A stretch of 64,000 nt of DNA from Marsupella aquatica (taxonomy: Eukaryota > Plantae > Marchantiophyta): positions 23,289,168 to 23,353,167 of the forward strand of contig OZ316892.1 of NCBI GenBank assembly GCA_973895155.1. Direction: 5' to 3'. The notes under the pieces were generated by a model that saw nothing but the letters and a program-made list of their open reading frames with translations, searched no databases and had not been told where the DNA came from. Numbering within the stretch: the first letter of the stretch is position 1; every line of letters starts with the position of its first letter. The position numbers were made by a program, and so were the translations under genes. Below are positions 13,499-25,500 of the stretch, one piece after another.

Positions 13499-16400
13499 AG
13501 TACCTCTGTGACTAACTCTCGCTGATAAGCTCATTCAGTTATGCCCCCGTCCCTCACCCACCCTCCTCTTCACCTCCTTTGTCACCATGTCACTCCAATT
13601 CAGCAAGGCATTGTACTACTACATTCATAGGTAGAGAGAGTGAACAGACTCCTCCATCCGCCCTGCGAACCTTTGTGGGCTTTCCACAGTTCCAGACATT
13701 GGCATCCTCCCTGGTCCTCCTACAAAACATTCAAACACATACATCTACAGAACAGTAATTTATATCTTTAATCAGCTGTCCCCTGCCTCTTCTTCATCGA
13801 GTGCGTCAATCAGACAGCCAACCCAAAGATGGAGAGCTGATTCCTTCCTCAACTCTTCCTGTCACTCAATTCTAATAGAAACAACGACTTACTGAAGAAA
13901 TAAAGAGAGTGACGCCGTCCTCTCAGCTCTCATACCTCAAATCAAGGACCAAAAACCAGAAAGAGGATGCCAGCTACAACTGCGTTTGCAGTACTTCCCT
14001 CATCCCCACCAACCCAAATTTCAGAATGCACTTTTCTCAACGAGCTGCTCATGTCACAACTACTAGTGAGAATCTTCAACAGTGATACACAGATACATTC
14101 ATTTGGACTAGATACCTGCTGCACGACAGTTCTGTACAGCTGATCTGATTGTGTCACTTCGTTGGAAACAGACGTTATCCAACTGATTGATTATGTCATC
14201 GCCATGAAGGCTACTGGTGTACCTCAGAGCGCTGTCCGTAGGGGCACTGGTCCGGTTGTCCCAGCCGTTAGGGGCAAGGGTGTACTTATTAGGATGGGCG
14301 GTGATGGGGGGGCGCTTTTACTTCTGGAAGATATCTCAGCCGTTCATATGTGATTCAGGGCCCCACAACCACTACTCTCTGTGAACGACCTTGACGGGAC
14401 TCACTGATGAGACCTTCCAATTAAGGGACAGGGTGTACCTGAAATGGAGGACCACCCCAGCTTACTGTCACACCTGGCGGAGAAGATGTAGTGGCCCCAC
14501 CAATAGATTACATTTACAGTAGGTTGAGGGCATGCTAGGGGTAAGACATGTGAGACCAGCAGCTCCTGTTTGTGGCCGAGTCCTGCCATCAGTAGGGCAT
14601 CTCAAATCTCTTTGTTTTGCCTCCGGTCGAGGTCAAGGGCGTTTTCCCGGAAATAAAGTGGCCGACATTAAAAGAGTTTTTCATGACCAAAACTGAAAAA
14701 TTTGTGACTGGAGACCAGTACTGGTACTTCCGGGCTAGAGTTTTCTGTGTGTACCTCAATGTTTTGAGACACCATCGTAGAAGTTTGCTAGTTGAACTCA
14801 AATTGGCATCATTCCAGCTCTGAAGGGAAGTTGTATTGCACCAGTGCCTGCATTTGAAGATGAGGGACACTTGCACCTCTATTCAGATGTGAACATGAGC
14901 CTAGGCGGTTTGGCAGCACTTGCAAATCAAGTTTGGCAAGTTGGAAAAGGGTCAGATAGTGTGGTGGAGACAATCACTTTGTGCTTGAGCAATATGGACA
15001 CAATATCACCCCATGCAGCAGTGGTGGACAGCAAGGTCATGTTGACAGTAGTAGGCACATTTTGAGGCTAGATTCAACAAACCTACAGTAGTTGAATTAA
15101 TGTAGTCAATGGTGTGGGTGTTCTTATATACCAATAGGCCAAAGACCCTGCAAGGATCACAAGGCTACCATTGCCCTCCAGTTTGTCATTTCTGACATGA
15201 CACCCATTTCTAAATTCTGAGAGGCAACTGGTACTAAGTCAAGTTTTCACCATGTGTGAGGGACAGGTGATCCTTATGAACATTTTCTTAAATCTTACTA
15301 TAAAGCGCCAACTGAAGCCTACTCGTAGGGCTACAGTCTAGAGAGGAGCCTCTAGACCGTAACTCCCAACACAGTCAAAACTAATAATGAGGTTCAATAA
15401 GGTTAAAATTTTAAATGAGGATGGACAAAACTGACATTAACTCTAAAAAATACAACACTGAAATGAAGATGGACAAAAAACAAGGATGGAGCAAAGACTA
15501 ACCAAAATAACACATTTTAATTTTATTGTGCAGATTTTTCTTCATATCTATTTACTTTCAAGGAACGGGTCATGGGGCTAGTTTCAAAAATTCACTAGAT
15601 TCCACCCTTTGAAAAGCATTCACCATATTTGGCCGGCAAAACTCAGCTAGGTTTCTGTATTCCATTAGCAAATTTCTCACCTAACCATAGATCCGACTAG
15701 TTATAATCTAATTGGGTATCCCTAAATTTAGGAAGATCTGACAGCCACAAATTGATCTTGGAAAACTAGACAAAAAATATTTGTAACATCCTCTCCTTTA
15801 CACAAGCCAGGTGACATATGCCATCCCTGCAAAAAAGAAAAAAACCTTAACCAGGCCCTTGACCAAATCTACATGGTCACAATTGCTAAAAAATAATGGT
15901 TTGACAAAGCAATGTACAAGATGGTTTCAAATATGTCCCGGTTATTTTCTAAGTATAATTTCCAACAATAGGTTCTGGGTCCATTTTTTGGGACCCCATC
16001 ACTTCAACTGAAAAATGGTACTTATGTGAGTTTGAATAAAGTTGGTACTAAGGGTGTAGTATCACACTAGGGACATAAATAAACATTTAAGATCCAAAAC
16101 TCGGTATTCCCATGGAAGAACATGTAAGGAATGATTTTCTATGATTTAGCACTTATGAATATATAAGGTAACAAAAACACAAAGGTGAGCCTTTTACTAT
16201 GGTTGCTAAGCAAGGCATAGTTTTAAATGTCTGCTTGACATTAAAAATAAAATTAACAAATGAAAACAATTAATAAAAATGAAAATCTTGAGGTATGGTG
16301 AGGGAGTTAGGAAACAACCAAGGTGACTCCTCAACATAATTTCATTTGATATCATTTAGGTGGTATATCTGCAAGAACATTTTTGGAAAGGATTACGGTA

Positions 16401-18303
16401 CTAGGATGATTACTAAAATGCCTTCAACATGTCTCAACTTTTCCTTCCAAGGTACTGAGTGGAGACTAGTAATCAATCACTTCTGTATCCAATTAGTACT
16501 TTGTGTCACAAATAAGAGACACCGTCATAATCAAATTTGAAGCCATAAGTAATTGATGAGTAACAATCTTTGCATCCCGTGCACAAGCAATGTCACGTCA
16601 AAAACTATGCATCAAGAACTAAAAAATATGTGAAACATCACCAACAAGGAATCTATTTCCACATACTCAAAAGATTTAACAATCACAATAATTTTACTTC
16701 AAGGGTCCAAACTTCTCATTCATTTAGACTTGAAGGGGGAAAAATTCCTTTGTATTAAGTACTCATATGCAATGGAGTGCTTGCTACAAATGGAGGTAAC
16801 AAAGTTGCAATCTTGCAACTGAGTGCTCATGAAATTTCTTCACATTAAAAGTGACATAAATTCAACTACATATAGGGTGGCAGGAACTAAAGGGAAAAGA
16901 GATAATGAAAGGACATGCCCTTTCATATCTCAAGGATCATAAACTAAAGTAAAAAGTATGAAAATATGCTATAAGAGTACTCAAGGTTCATTAGAATGTT
17001 GCTGGAATGAAAAACTAACCAAAAGTTATCCCTAGTGTAAACTGGAGTAAAAGTGTTTTTTGTACTTTTGTGGTAAAACTAATAAATAGTGAGTTTATCA
17101 GAATTTTAATTTCTAACATAAAGGTAAGAATGAGATTTTTCTGAGGTGTCTAAGTGCCTTAATAAAATCGATGAAAAGTGTTGTCGGATAAAAAATACAC
17201 TGTTTCGGAAAATTTTCTAAGTGTCGGAAGCGCCGTTGCGCCTTTGCGCAATCACGCTTTTTACAAAACTAAAAATGCTATAACTTCTAAACTACATGTT
17301 GGTTTTGGCTGATATTTTCAAGGGAGGGTCTGCTACATAAGGGTTATCATAACTATTTAACAAAAATGGTGGAGATTGACTAATCTTGATTATTATCGTA
17401 GGAGAGCTAATCTTGTTGGAGTAGTGCTGTCTGGTCCGGTTGCTGAACTCTTGTGCAGGTATTTTCTTGCATAGCTTCTTGAATTATATCCATGTCTTGA
17501 GCGTGATGTCGATAGAAAGGTAAAGACTTTCGTTGTTGTTCAAGATCCAGAACAGGAAGTAGTCTTCGGTGTAGCATGACATTAGGTAAAGTGTTCAGTT
17601 GATCTAAATTGTTACAAAAAGTAACTATATTGCACCTTTGACTTAGAAAAAGTTTAAAATATATATTTTTTTCTATCATTTTTAACTAATGTATTATATT
17701 ACAAAGGGTCCCTTTACAAGATAGGGGCACATTGTCTCCTACTCATTCACTCTAAGATTAGATCTAGGCCGGGTAATGAATGGAAACTGCTGTTGGCTTT
17801 ACAACACATTGGGCCCACTCAGGTTTGGTGTCTACCAATCTGACATGGCAAGCATGCAGTGGTCCAAGTAAATGTTGATGTAGAGTGTTTATTAAGTTTG
17901 TTTAAAAGTTTAGACCACCTCCAGCCGTGGTTGAAACATTTCCAAGTTTTGGCTCCATCATTGAAGGTATTTGCATTTATTGAAGTTAGTTTCAAAAGAT
18001 CTTTGGTATGGAGTCTATGTTTACAAGAAGAATTGGCCCTACAATTTGCTATGGTGAAAAAGTTCACAAGTGCCTTCATTGTCTTGTAAAGCCACCCTGA
18101 GGTGAATTTGAAAAAATTTCAGCCAAAAATTAGACTGATACGTAGCGAGGGTGAATCCAGACCATTGATTTAGACCATTCATATATCACCCTTATTTTGA
18201 ACGTTCGTCTTGACCCTCGCTACTATTTCGGGTACTATCCCCTAATTTTGAAGTTCGCCTTTACAAGAAAGGAAGAAAAGCAATACCATCCTCTTATTAA
18301 TCT

Positions 18304-18612
18304 GAACATTTGTAGTGACAGAGTAATAAAAAGCTGAAATAAGGAAATGAGCATTTGTAGTGACAAAGTAATAAAAAGTTGATTTAAGGAAATGAACATT
18401 TGTGACAAAGTAATCAAAAGTTAAGGAAATGAACATTTGTAGTGACAAAGTAATCAAAAGTTGAGTTAATGAAATGAACATTTGTAGTGACAAAGTAATC
18501 AAAAGTTGATTTAAGGAAATGGACATTTGTAGTGACAAAGTAATCAAAAGTTGAGTTAAGGAAATGAACATTTGTAGTGACAAAGTAATCAAAAAGTTGA
18601 TTTAAGGAAAAT
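18304..18612. repeat. 45-bp minisatellite, 7 copies (one internally deleted)
   Basis: Unit gaacatttgtagtgacaaagtaatcaaaagttgatttaaggaaat starting at ~18304, 18349, 18394 (37 bp), 18431, 18476, 18521, 18566; no unique spacers. Confidence 0.95.
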
Positions 18613-18963
18613 GATAGTCAGGCTACTATCCCCTTATTTTAAACCTTAGTCTTTACAAGAAAGGAAGAACAGCAAAACCGTCCATTCGATTCGTCGATGC
18701 TCTCTCGTCAAGCTTCGTCATTCTTTTGCTCTCTGTGTCGTCGTCTCGTCCCTCCTTCCGACCTTCCCTCTTTGACAACGCTTCTGTCCCCATTATTGTC
18801 ACCACAATCTCTTCTTTCATTCGACCCAGCGATCGGTCGATTCTCGTAGCCATGTCGCGGGTTTTCCAATAACATCAGAATCGTCCGATTTCATGTCCGT
18901 TTCGTTTTCATTTTCCTCTTTCTCTTCTCGCCTTCGTCGTTGTTGTCGACTGTTGCTGAAGAA

Positions 18964-18972
18964 TTAGGGTTT
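18964..18972 (-). promoter_or_regulatory. Telo-box (AAACCCTAA) upstream of ERH
   Basis: ttagggttt about 330 nt upstream of the ERH ATG, within a pyrimidine/GC-rich leader. Telo-boxes are common plant promoter/5'UTR elements; function here is not shown. Confidence 0.45.
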
Positions 18973-19303
18973 GGTGGTTGGGGAGGGGAAATTGAAATTA
19001 ATTAAGCGGATGCTATTTGGAATCGGGTGGAGCTCTTCGAGTCGAGTCGAGCTTTGTGGGGTTTCTGTGAATGTGATGGTGGTGGCCTTGTAGTGTTGGT
19101 ATCACTTCGGCACACACGGAAAGGTGAAAAGTAGGGTTTGCCTGACTGGCTAGGGGACGGTCTCGTGTAGGTTGGAGACGGAATTTTGATGAAGGAAATG
19201 GTGGCGGTGTAGTGTTTCGCCATCACTTGGGCACGAACGGGCCGGTGAAGCGGATTCTTGACATCCATCGAGCGCCGTTAGCGCCACCTAGAGGTCCGTG
19301 ACG

Positions 19304-19624
19304 ATGGCCCAAAATAGGCACACAATCGTGCTCATGCAGCCGATGACGAACAGGGCGACGCGAACGTTCATGGACTACAACAGTGTGTCGGCAGCGATGG
19401 ATGGCATTTGCGGACTGTTCGAGAAGAAGCTGAAGGATCTGAATCCTCAACTGCGCAACATCACTTACGATATCACAGACCTTTACAAGTTTATCGACTC
19501 GTTGACGGACCTCAGCGCTCTTGTCTTCGACCCTGCTCTCAACGCGTATATTCCATACGATCGGCAATGGATTAAGCAGCGTGCATTTCAGCACCTAAAG
19601 AAGCTTGCAGGGCAATCCGGCTGA
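19304..19624 (+). CDS. ERH: Enhancer of rudimentary homolog, 106 aa, intronless
   Basis: MAQNRHTIVLMQP..RATRTFMDYNSVSAAMDGICGLFEKKLKDLNP..NITYDITDLYKFIDSLTDLSALVFD....AYIPYDRQWIK matches the ERH family consensus end to end; ATG at 19304, TGA at 19622-19624. Confidence 0.97.
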   Translation: MAQNRHTIVLMQPMTNRATRTFMDYNSVSAAMDGICGLFEKKLKDLNPQLRNITYDITDLYKFIDSLTDLSALVFDPALNAYIPYDRQWIKQRAFQHLKKLAGQSG

Positions 19625-21268
19625 TGGATGCGGCGGACGGGAGGGCGTGTTGGTGACTCAGGATTGCAGCTGAGCTATTCAAGGTTTCTTTACATTTGCA
19701 TCGGTGGGGAAAAATAGAGACATGCTTCTGTTGTGAGTGAAGTTTCCCTCGTGGTCTTTGTGGACCCTTTGGTTTGAGAGATTGTGGTGATCGAGCCACC
19801 GAGATGATGGGGAGGCACCGAATTATTGTTTTTCCCCCGTGGTCTTTTTGGACCCTTCGGTTTGAGTAGTATAGGATGATGATGATGGCTATCATGCCGC
19901 AGAGAATGGCGAGATGTAATTCCAGTCTGCATAGAGAAATGCCATAAATATTTGTTGCCTCAACGGAATGAGAAGTTGCCCAAATTGGAGGCGTCTCTGT
20001 TGTGGTTGAAAATGTAATAGGTGTAATCTGTTTAGACCACTGCTTGAAATTAATAAAAAGATAGAAGGGAGAATAGCAATGCCCTAGTTCTGTGTTTGAT
20101 TTGCCAAGCTACTTGAAACTCTGTACTTTTTACAGTCGCAGGTGACGGAAGAGAAATTTTCAGTTGTAGTTTGATTCGTTTTAGGAGCATAACATTGCGG
20201 GAAACAAAGAGAACCAATACTGAGAATCTGAAATCAATGAAACGTGGATCCTGAGACTCTCTACACTCACCTACGAGATTATTCAGCAGCTGAGACCTTC
20301 AAACCAAAGTATCAGAGAAGCCTTACCTCGCAAGAAGCTGAAATTGTCTCAAGCTGCCGATAGTCTCACTAGGCAACAGATATAACAATCTAGACATTCT
20401 CAATTATGGGATTCTGGAGAACAGATCCTCGGATCTTACGGCTAAATAGCTTGATGCCGATTTTTTACATTATAGCAGCTTCGTTGCCATCATATCACGA
20501 AGGAAAGGAGAAAGGTATCACATCCACGGGTATTCACTGCTCGTCAATCGATGCAGTTTGCAAGAGTGAATGATTTGAATAAACCTGGACTAAAACGCAG
20601 GTGTCGAATAGCAAAGAGCAGTAACATCAGTCTTGTACATATTAGTCTCTAACCGTGTTATGTTATGTTATCCTCCATAATATGAAAATACATGTTTTTG
20701 GATTCCACATGGCAACGGTTGTTTGGAGTAGACCCTCCTAGACCTTGGGATTACAAGTCAGGTTCTACATGCTCACCAACCAGATATTTAACCTACAAGC
20801 CAATTGCACCGTTTTGCTCATGGGTGGTTTTCCTTTTTATGAGAAAAAACAGATAGATCCACATTTATGGCAAGTATCCACATTCACAATCTTATGGGCA
20901 ACTTGACTGCTATGTGTATGGTGAAGGAGTTCTGTTATTTGGGAGAAGTCCATAATGTCACTTTTCTCTTTGTTACAGATGGATACCAGGGCTGTTGATT
21001 CAAGGTTGGGAGCGGCACGAGCCAGCCATGGACAGGGGGAACAAAAGATCCAGCCAACTTGGCGGAATACCCAGCCAGGAGCCACGACACCACCCACACA
21101 ATACCAATGTGAGGGGACCATACTACTAGGGCCTTTTAATATCTTAAACATTTTCCCAAATTTTGCTGCAGGAAGCGTCATGTCAAACTTGTAATGTCAA
21201 ACAGTTTCCATGTAAACCTCAGCCAATTTCTTATAGAATTTTTTACAATGTTCCTTTGAAGTGCTGTG

Positions 21269-21487
21269 CTTGCTGGACGGCCTGGTCACTCATTCAGAGG
21301 AAAACAAATCCTCAAATTAATGCTCTATATTGCCTTTTTCCTCATGCATGGATAGAGCCAATGTCTGTTGAGAATCTTTTACAATTCTTATGAAGGATAA
21401 TACTTGCTAGACGGCCTGGTCCGCTCATACAGAGCAAAACAATGCTCAAATTAATGCTCTAGATTGCCTTTTTCCCCATGCATGGAT
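21269..21487. repeat. ~85-bp direct repeat, two copies 134 bp apart
   Basis: cttgct(g/a)gacggcctggtc..ctcat.cagag.aaaacaa..ctcaaattaatgctcta.attgcctttttcc.catgcatggat at 21269 and 21403. Confidence 0.85.
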
Positions 21488-22595
21488 TGTATGCTGCTGG
21501 CAGTCCGCTAGCTGGCCCCTTGGTATGAATGAACTTACCCCACGACAGTGCACATAGCTACTCAGTATGACATCAACATCACCATTCTTATTTTGTCAAA
21601 GATAAGGAAATTATCTTAGGGCTTGATTTTAAGCAGAAGAGGAAGTGCACTTTAGGGTGTCCGAAAATTCTCCGATGTGTTTGTCAGTAAAGTCCACAGT
21701 ACCACAAATTGCCACAACTCAAGTTTGCCGTTGAGCGAACATTACTAGTTGGATGGATTGTGATAATGGTGATGGCCCCACCCTCATGGCTGCCGATTGC
21801 TACGTTCAGGCATGGATGAAACCGAGAGGTGCAACAGGAGTCGTGTTTCACACCGACGAAAGGCTGAATTGAGATCTGAGGAAACGATCTTGGTGCTGAG
21901 CGGCAGAGAATGCCAAACAGAAAACGCACTCGTAGGGATCCGCAACAAGTGAAGGTAGAATGAATTGTGCAATCGAAACGGAATATCAATCAACCTTGAG
22001 AGCTCAAACAACCTTCAGTAACTAATGTGAGTAATCCTATACAGAAAGCTCAGATAAGCCTGAGCAACTTAATGCGAGTAATCGAACACAAGAGACTCAA
22101 ATAAGCTTGAGAAACTTAATGTGAGGATTCCAATACAAAAAGCTCGAAGGACCTTTTCGCTATTTCAAAAACGCACCTCGTAATAACTTCCTCTAGACTA
22201 GTTGAGATTATTCCCAAACTGTTCCCAGGAATATCCAAGATTATAGTCAGAAGGATCGTTGAGTGAGGTTGGCTACGGTTTTTATCAACATGCCTCCTAC
22301 CCTCTCGGCAATGAGCGCCTAAAATCTTTCTCCGAATGGGGACCCAGCACTACCGTAGGCTAAAACCTTAATCAAAACGTAAGGGACGACCTTGAAAATC
22401 ATGTTACAGTGACGCGAGAAGACAACTTGCATTGTCTTCAGTTGTGCAACATAGATTATGGTCATGCCGACTATAACGGCCACAACCATGACTTGTTGTC
22501 GTTGAGCAACAACCACGTGCTTTGAGATTATATAATCTTAAAAGCTGAGACGGGGTGGGGGTAAAAGAGACCCCAGTATCAAATTCTTACAGAAG

Positions 22596-25500
22596 TTACG
22601 TCACAACTTTGTTTCGCTCAGTTGCATATACTTTCAAAACATGCTGCACGCGCACCCAACAATATCCCACATAACATCTAGTCAATAATTGTTGAAGTAT
22701 GGATAAAAAATACAACGTACAGAAATATAGGTGAATGAAGCAGATAATAAGCACTTAAAACGTTTCCAGTGCCAGCACTGAAGGTCATTTCAGTCCAGAA
22801 CAGTCATAAAAACGTAGCACAAACTTAGCAGAAGATTATGCCCTCACTTGGCCAGAAGGTGTCTTTCTCAGTTGCAACACAGCTTCTCTCATCTCCTCTG
22901 GAATCGTGCGAAGAGGCGGATGGATGGCACCACTCCTGTTTAGATAAAGTTTTGGACATGAGAATGACTAAGGAAGCATGTCTACTGGAAAGCAGACCAC
23001 TTTAAGCAAGCACATGTCCTTAGCGACTATTTGGGTGATTCATTACTCAAGATTCCTTTAAAAGATTTGGAATTTGAACAGCTTTTGCAGGTACCGTACT
23101 CTGGCGGCATGATCACCGGCCCAGCAAGAGAAGCAAATGTGAGATCTGCAGCTGTGAATCTTGACCCACAGATGAAAGGTCGCCCATCAGCTAGAGTATC
23201 GTCAACCTGAACAGATGAGATAATTGGTTAGCTTCGCCTACTTGTACAGAAAGCAGCTATAACCTTTCTTTAACCGTTTTCTCAACTACGTGCAGTCAGT
23301 TATGAATTCAAGAGGATACAGCATGGGCGTCAACACCCCTGGTCAACACAACTGCCCAGATCATTATTGCAAATGTTGATATGATCATAATTAAGCGAGA
23401 CGAAACGAGACGCCAATACCTCTTGGAAAATCTCCTGGATAATCTTAAGAGAATTTTCTTTAGCAGCAGGCTTATTGCAGTACAGTGCGTTGTAGACAAC
23501 CCTCCGCAATAACGGCATGAGAATCCATGCAAGCACTCTCTCAATGAGGGGAGCTCCTGGTTTATCAGACTGACATGTGAGTACAAGCTTGCATACCAGA
23601 TAGACATCGTAGCATATTTTGTTGCCGACATAGCAGGAAAGACAGCTTTAGGGCATCATATCCAGAGTTACTCATTGCTTTTCATCCAATGCAATTAATT
23701 GACAGCTTGCCTACAGCATTTGGACAGATTCAGAACTGCGAACTATCATAAAATTATTCCCTAAATTCATCTTCGGCGCGGGTAGGTGATCGACCTTGAG
23801 TCAACAAAAGGTAACTGCAATTGTCGAACAGCAAATAGCAGTAAACCCAGCGACGTACATGTGGCCCAAACCTTTTGTCAAGTTTGACCTCTGTGCACAA
23901 AATCAAATACCGAGCAAGAGTTAAACAACACGCATTGAAACTCTGCCAAATGTGCTCGGTATCACCATCCAGAGTGGCTAGCAATCCGGCACTGTAAACA
24001 ACACATTTGAGCTCACTTCTCTGTTTGTAAGATGGATGATACAACAGTAAATGTTTATCCAACCGAATAGCTGACAAGGCTGTTGTACGTACCCCAAGCA
24101 TCCACTAGCTTTCGAGTGTCTGGATCTGCTGGATAGAGTCGATTTTCCTCTCTTCTAATATTTTTCTCAGCGAAGTGTAAAATATCTGGAGACTCCTGTA
24201 GCACCACTTGGTCTTTAGATCGTCCCATGAGAAACTTTGGACAACTTGTCCCAGCTCCAAGCCCCCTGCAAATTTCAAACTGATCAGCAGTTGTACGGTA
24301 CAGCACGTTACTTAGCAGCGAGAACCAATAAGACTCAGCACAAGTCGCACTAAACCATTTAGTGCTATAAACTTTCAAGCAAACATAACAAATGTTACGA
24401 CAGGGCTTCATGCTATTAGCTTTAGATTTAATGGGTTTACTAGTCGAAATACAAAGTTGATGGTGCAAACCTGGTGAAAAACATATGGAATAGAACCACA
24501 TGTTTTGATTCTTTGTACATAACTCCAGCCCTGTCCAGTGCCCATCTGGCCTGATCCGCAAAGAAATTGAATTAATAGGTACATCCAAGATGTCTTGTGC
24601 AAAAGCGAACCCAACTTGAGATCTTGTTTAGTGATCACTCAAAGCATTATAACTATTGGATCTCTACTTCCCGTATTTACCATCTCTAGGCTGTGGCATC
24701 CTCAGGCGACTTAATTAACTGATCTTCACAGGTTATCTACCCAAAGTAGACATTCCTTGTAGCTAGATGATTCTCAATTAGCACCGTGCAGACGGTATCA
24801 ATAAATCTGACATGGTGAACAGAAGATTCACCTTTTCGCAGTAATGTGAAACACCTGTTCCGCCCCAGCACCACAGTCATGCATCCAAGCACAGCAGAAG
24901 ACATGGGTGGTTAGGCCACAGTTAAACTTTGAATCAATGTGCATAACAAACGAAGTAGATGACCCTCAATCCTGCCCAAGGAATTGGAGAACATGATTTT
25001 TATATTCATCCCCGTTACTTCCATGGAAGATGCCCCGCAAAAAATAATTAAATACCACGTATATATTAATAACTGATTCACGTAGGGTCACGAGACTGTT
25101 GCACGCTTGGTTTTCTGTGCACGTACAAGACGACATCCGAAGACAGACGAGAAATCCAAGATCGGCAAACGTGGTGCCGACCTCTCCTTTAGATTGCACC
25201 AAAGGCTCACAATTCAACCTCTCATTTTCCACAAGTGACAATTGATTTGCGGCTACCAAGTTGATTGTTCGACACTGAGTTTTTGGGGTCATCCCAGAAA
25301 TTAAACCGAAACTGCTACTTTATGGTAGTAGTATTTGCCACCGTTCAATCCATGTGGCTACCCATGTGATGTATCATCGTGCAGCCATCTCGTTATAAAC
25401 TTGAAGCTCAATTGGTCCAGAGCGCAACCCGCTCTTCTTTTCTCATTATGGAATTCGTCTTGGGAACCTCAATCAAAAGATGGAGGCATCCAAGACGAGA

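Noticed and set aside
18242-18592. 116-aa hydrophobic repeat ORF (LQMFISLTQLLITLS)n
   Set aside because: It is the translation of the 45-bp minisatellite, has a non-ATG start, and its frame shifts at the deleted unit.
18304-18612. CRISPR-like appearance of regularly spaced repeats (also 28359-28835, 34474-34965, 49320-49578)
   Set aside because: Units are contiguous with no unique spacers, no cas genes are present and the context is eukaryotic; these are minisatellites.
19223-19594. 123-aa minus-strand ORF overlapping ERH (similarly 58076-58684 opposite H1, 36219-36719 opposite EEF1AKMT1, 6554-7081 opposite ATM3)
   Set aside because: Antisense shadows of real coding sequence with no recognisable motifs.
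20140-20620. Possible pseudo-exons downstream of ERH
   Set aside because: One frame is mostly open but has stops and no recognisable homology; it cannot be supported without a search.
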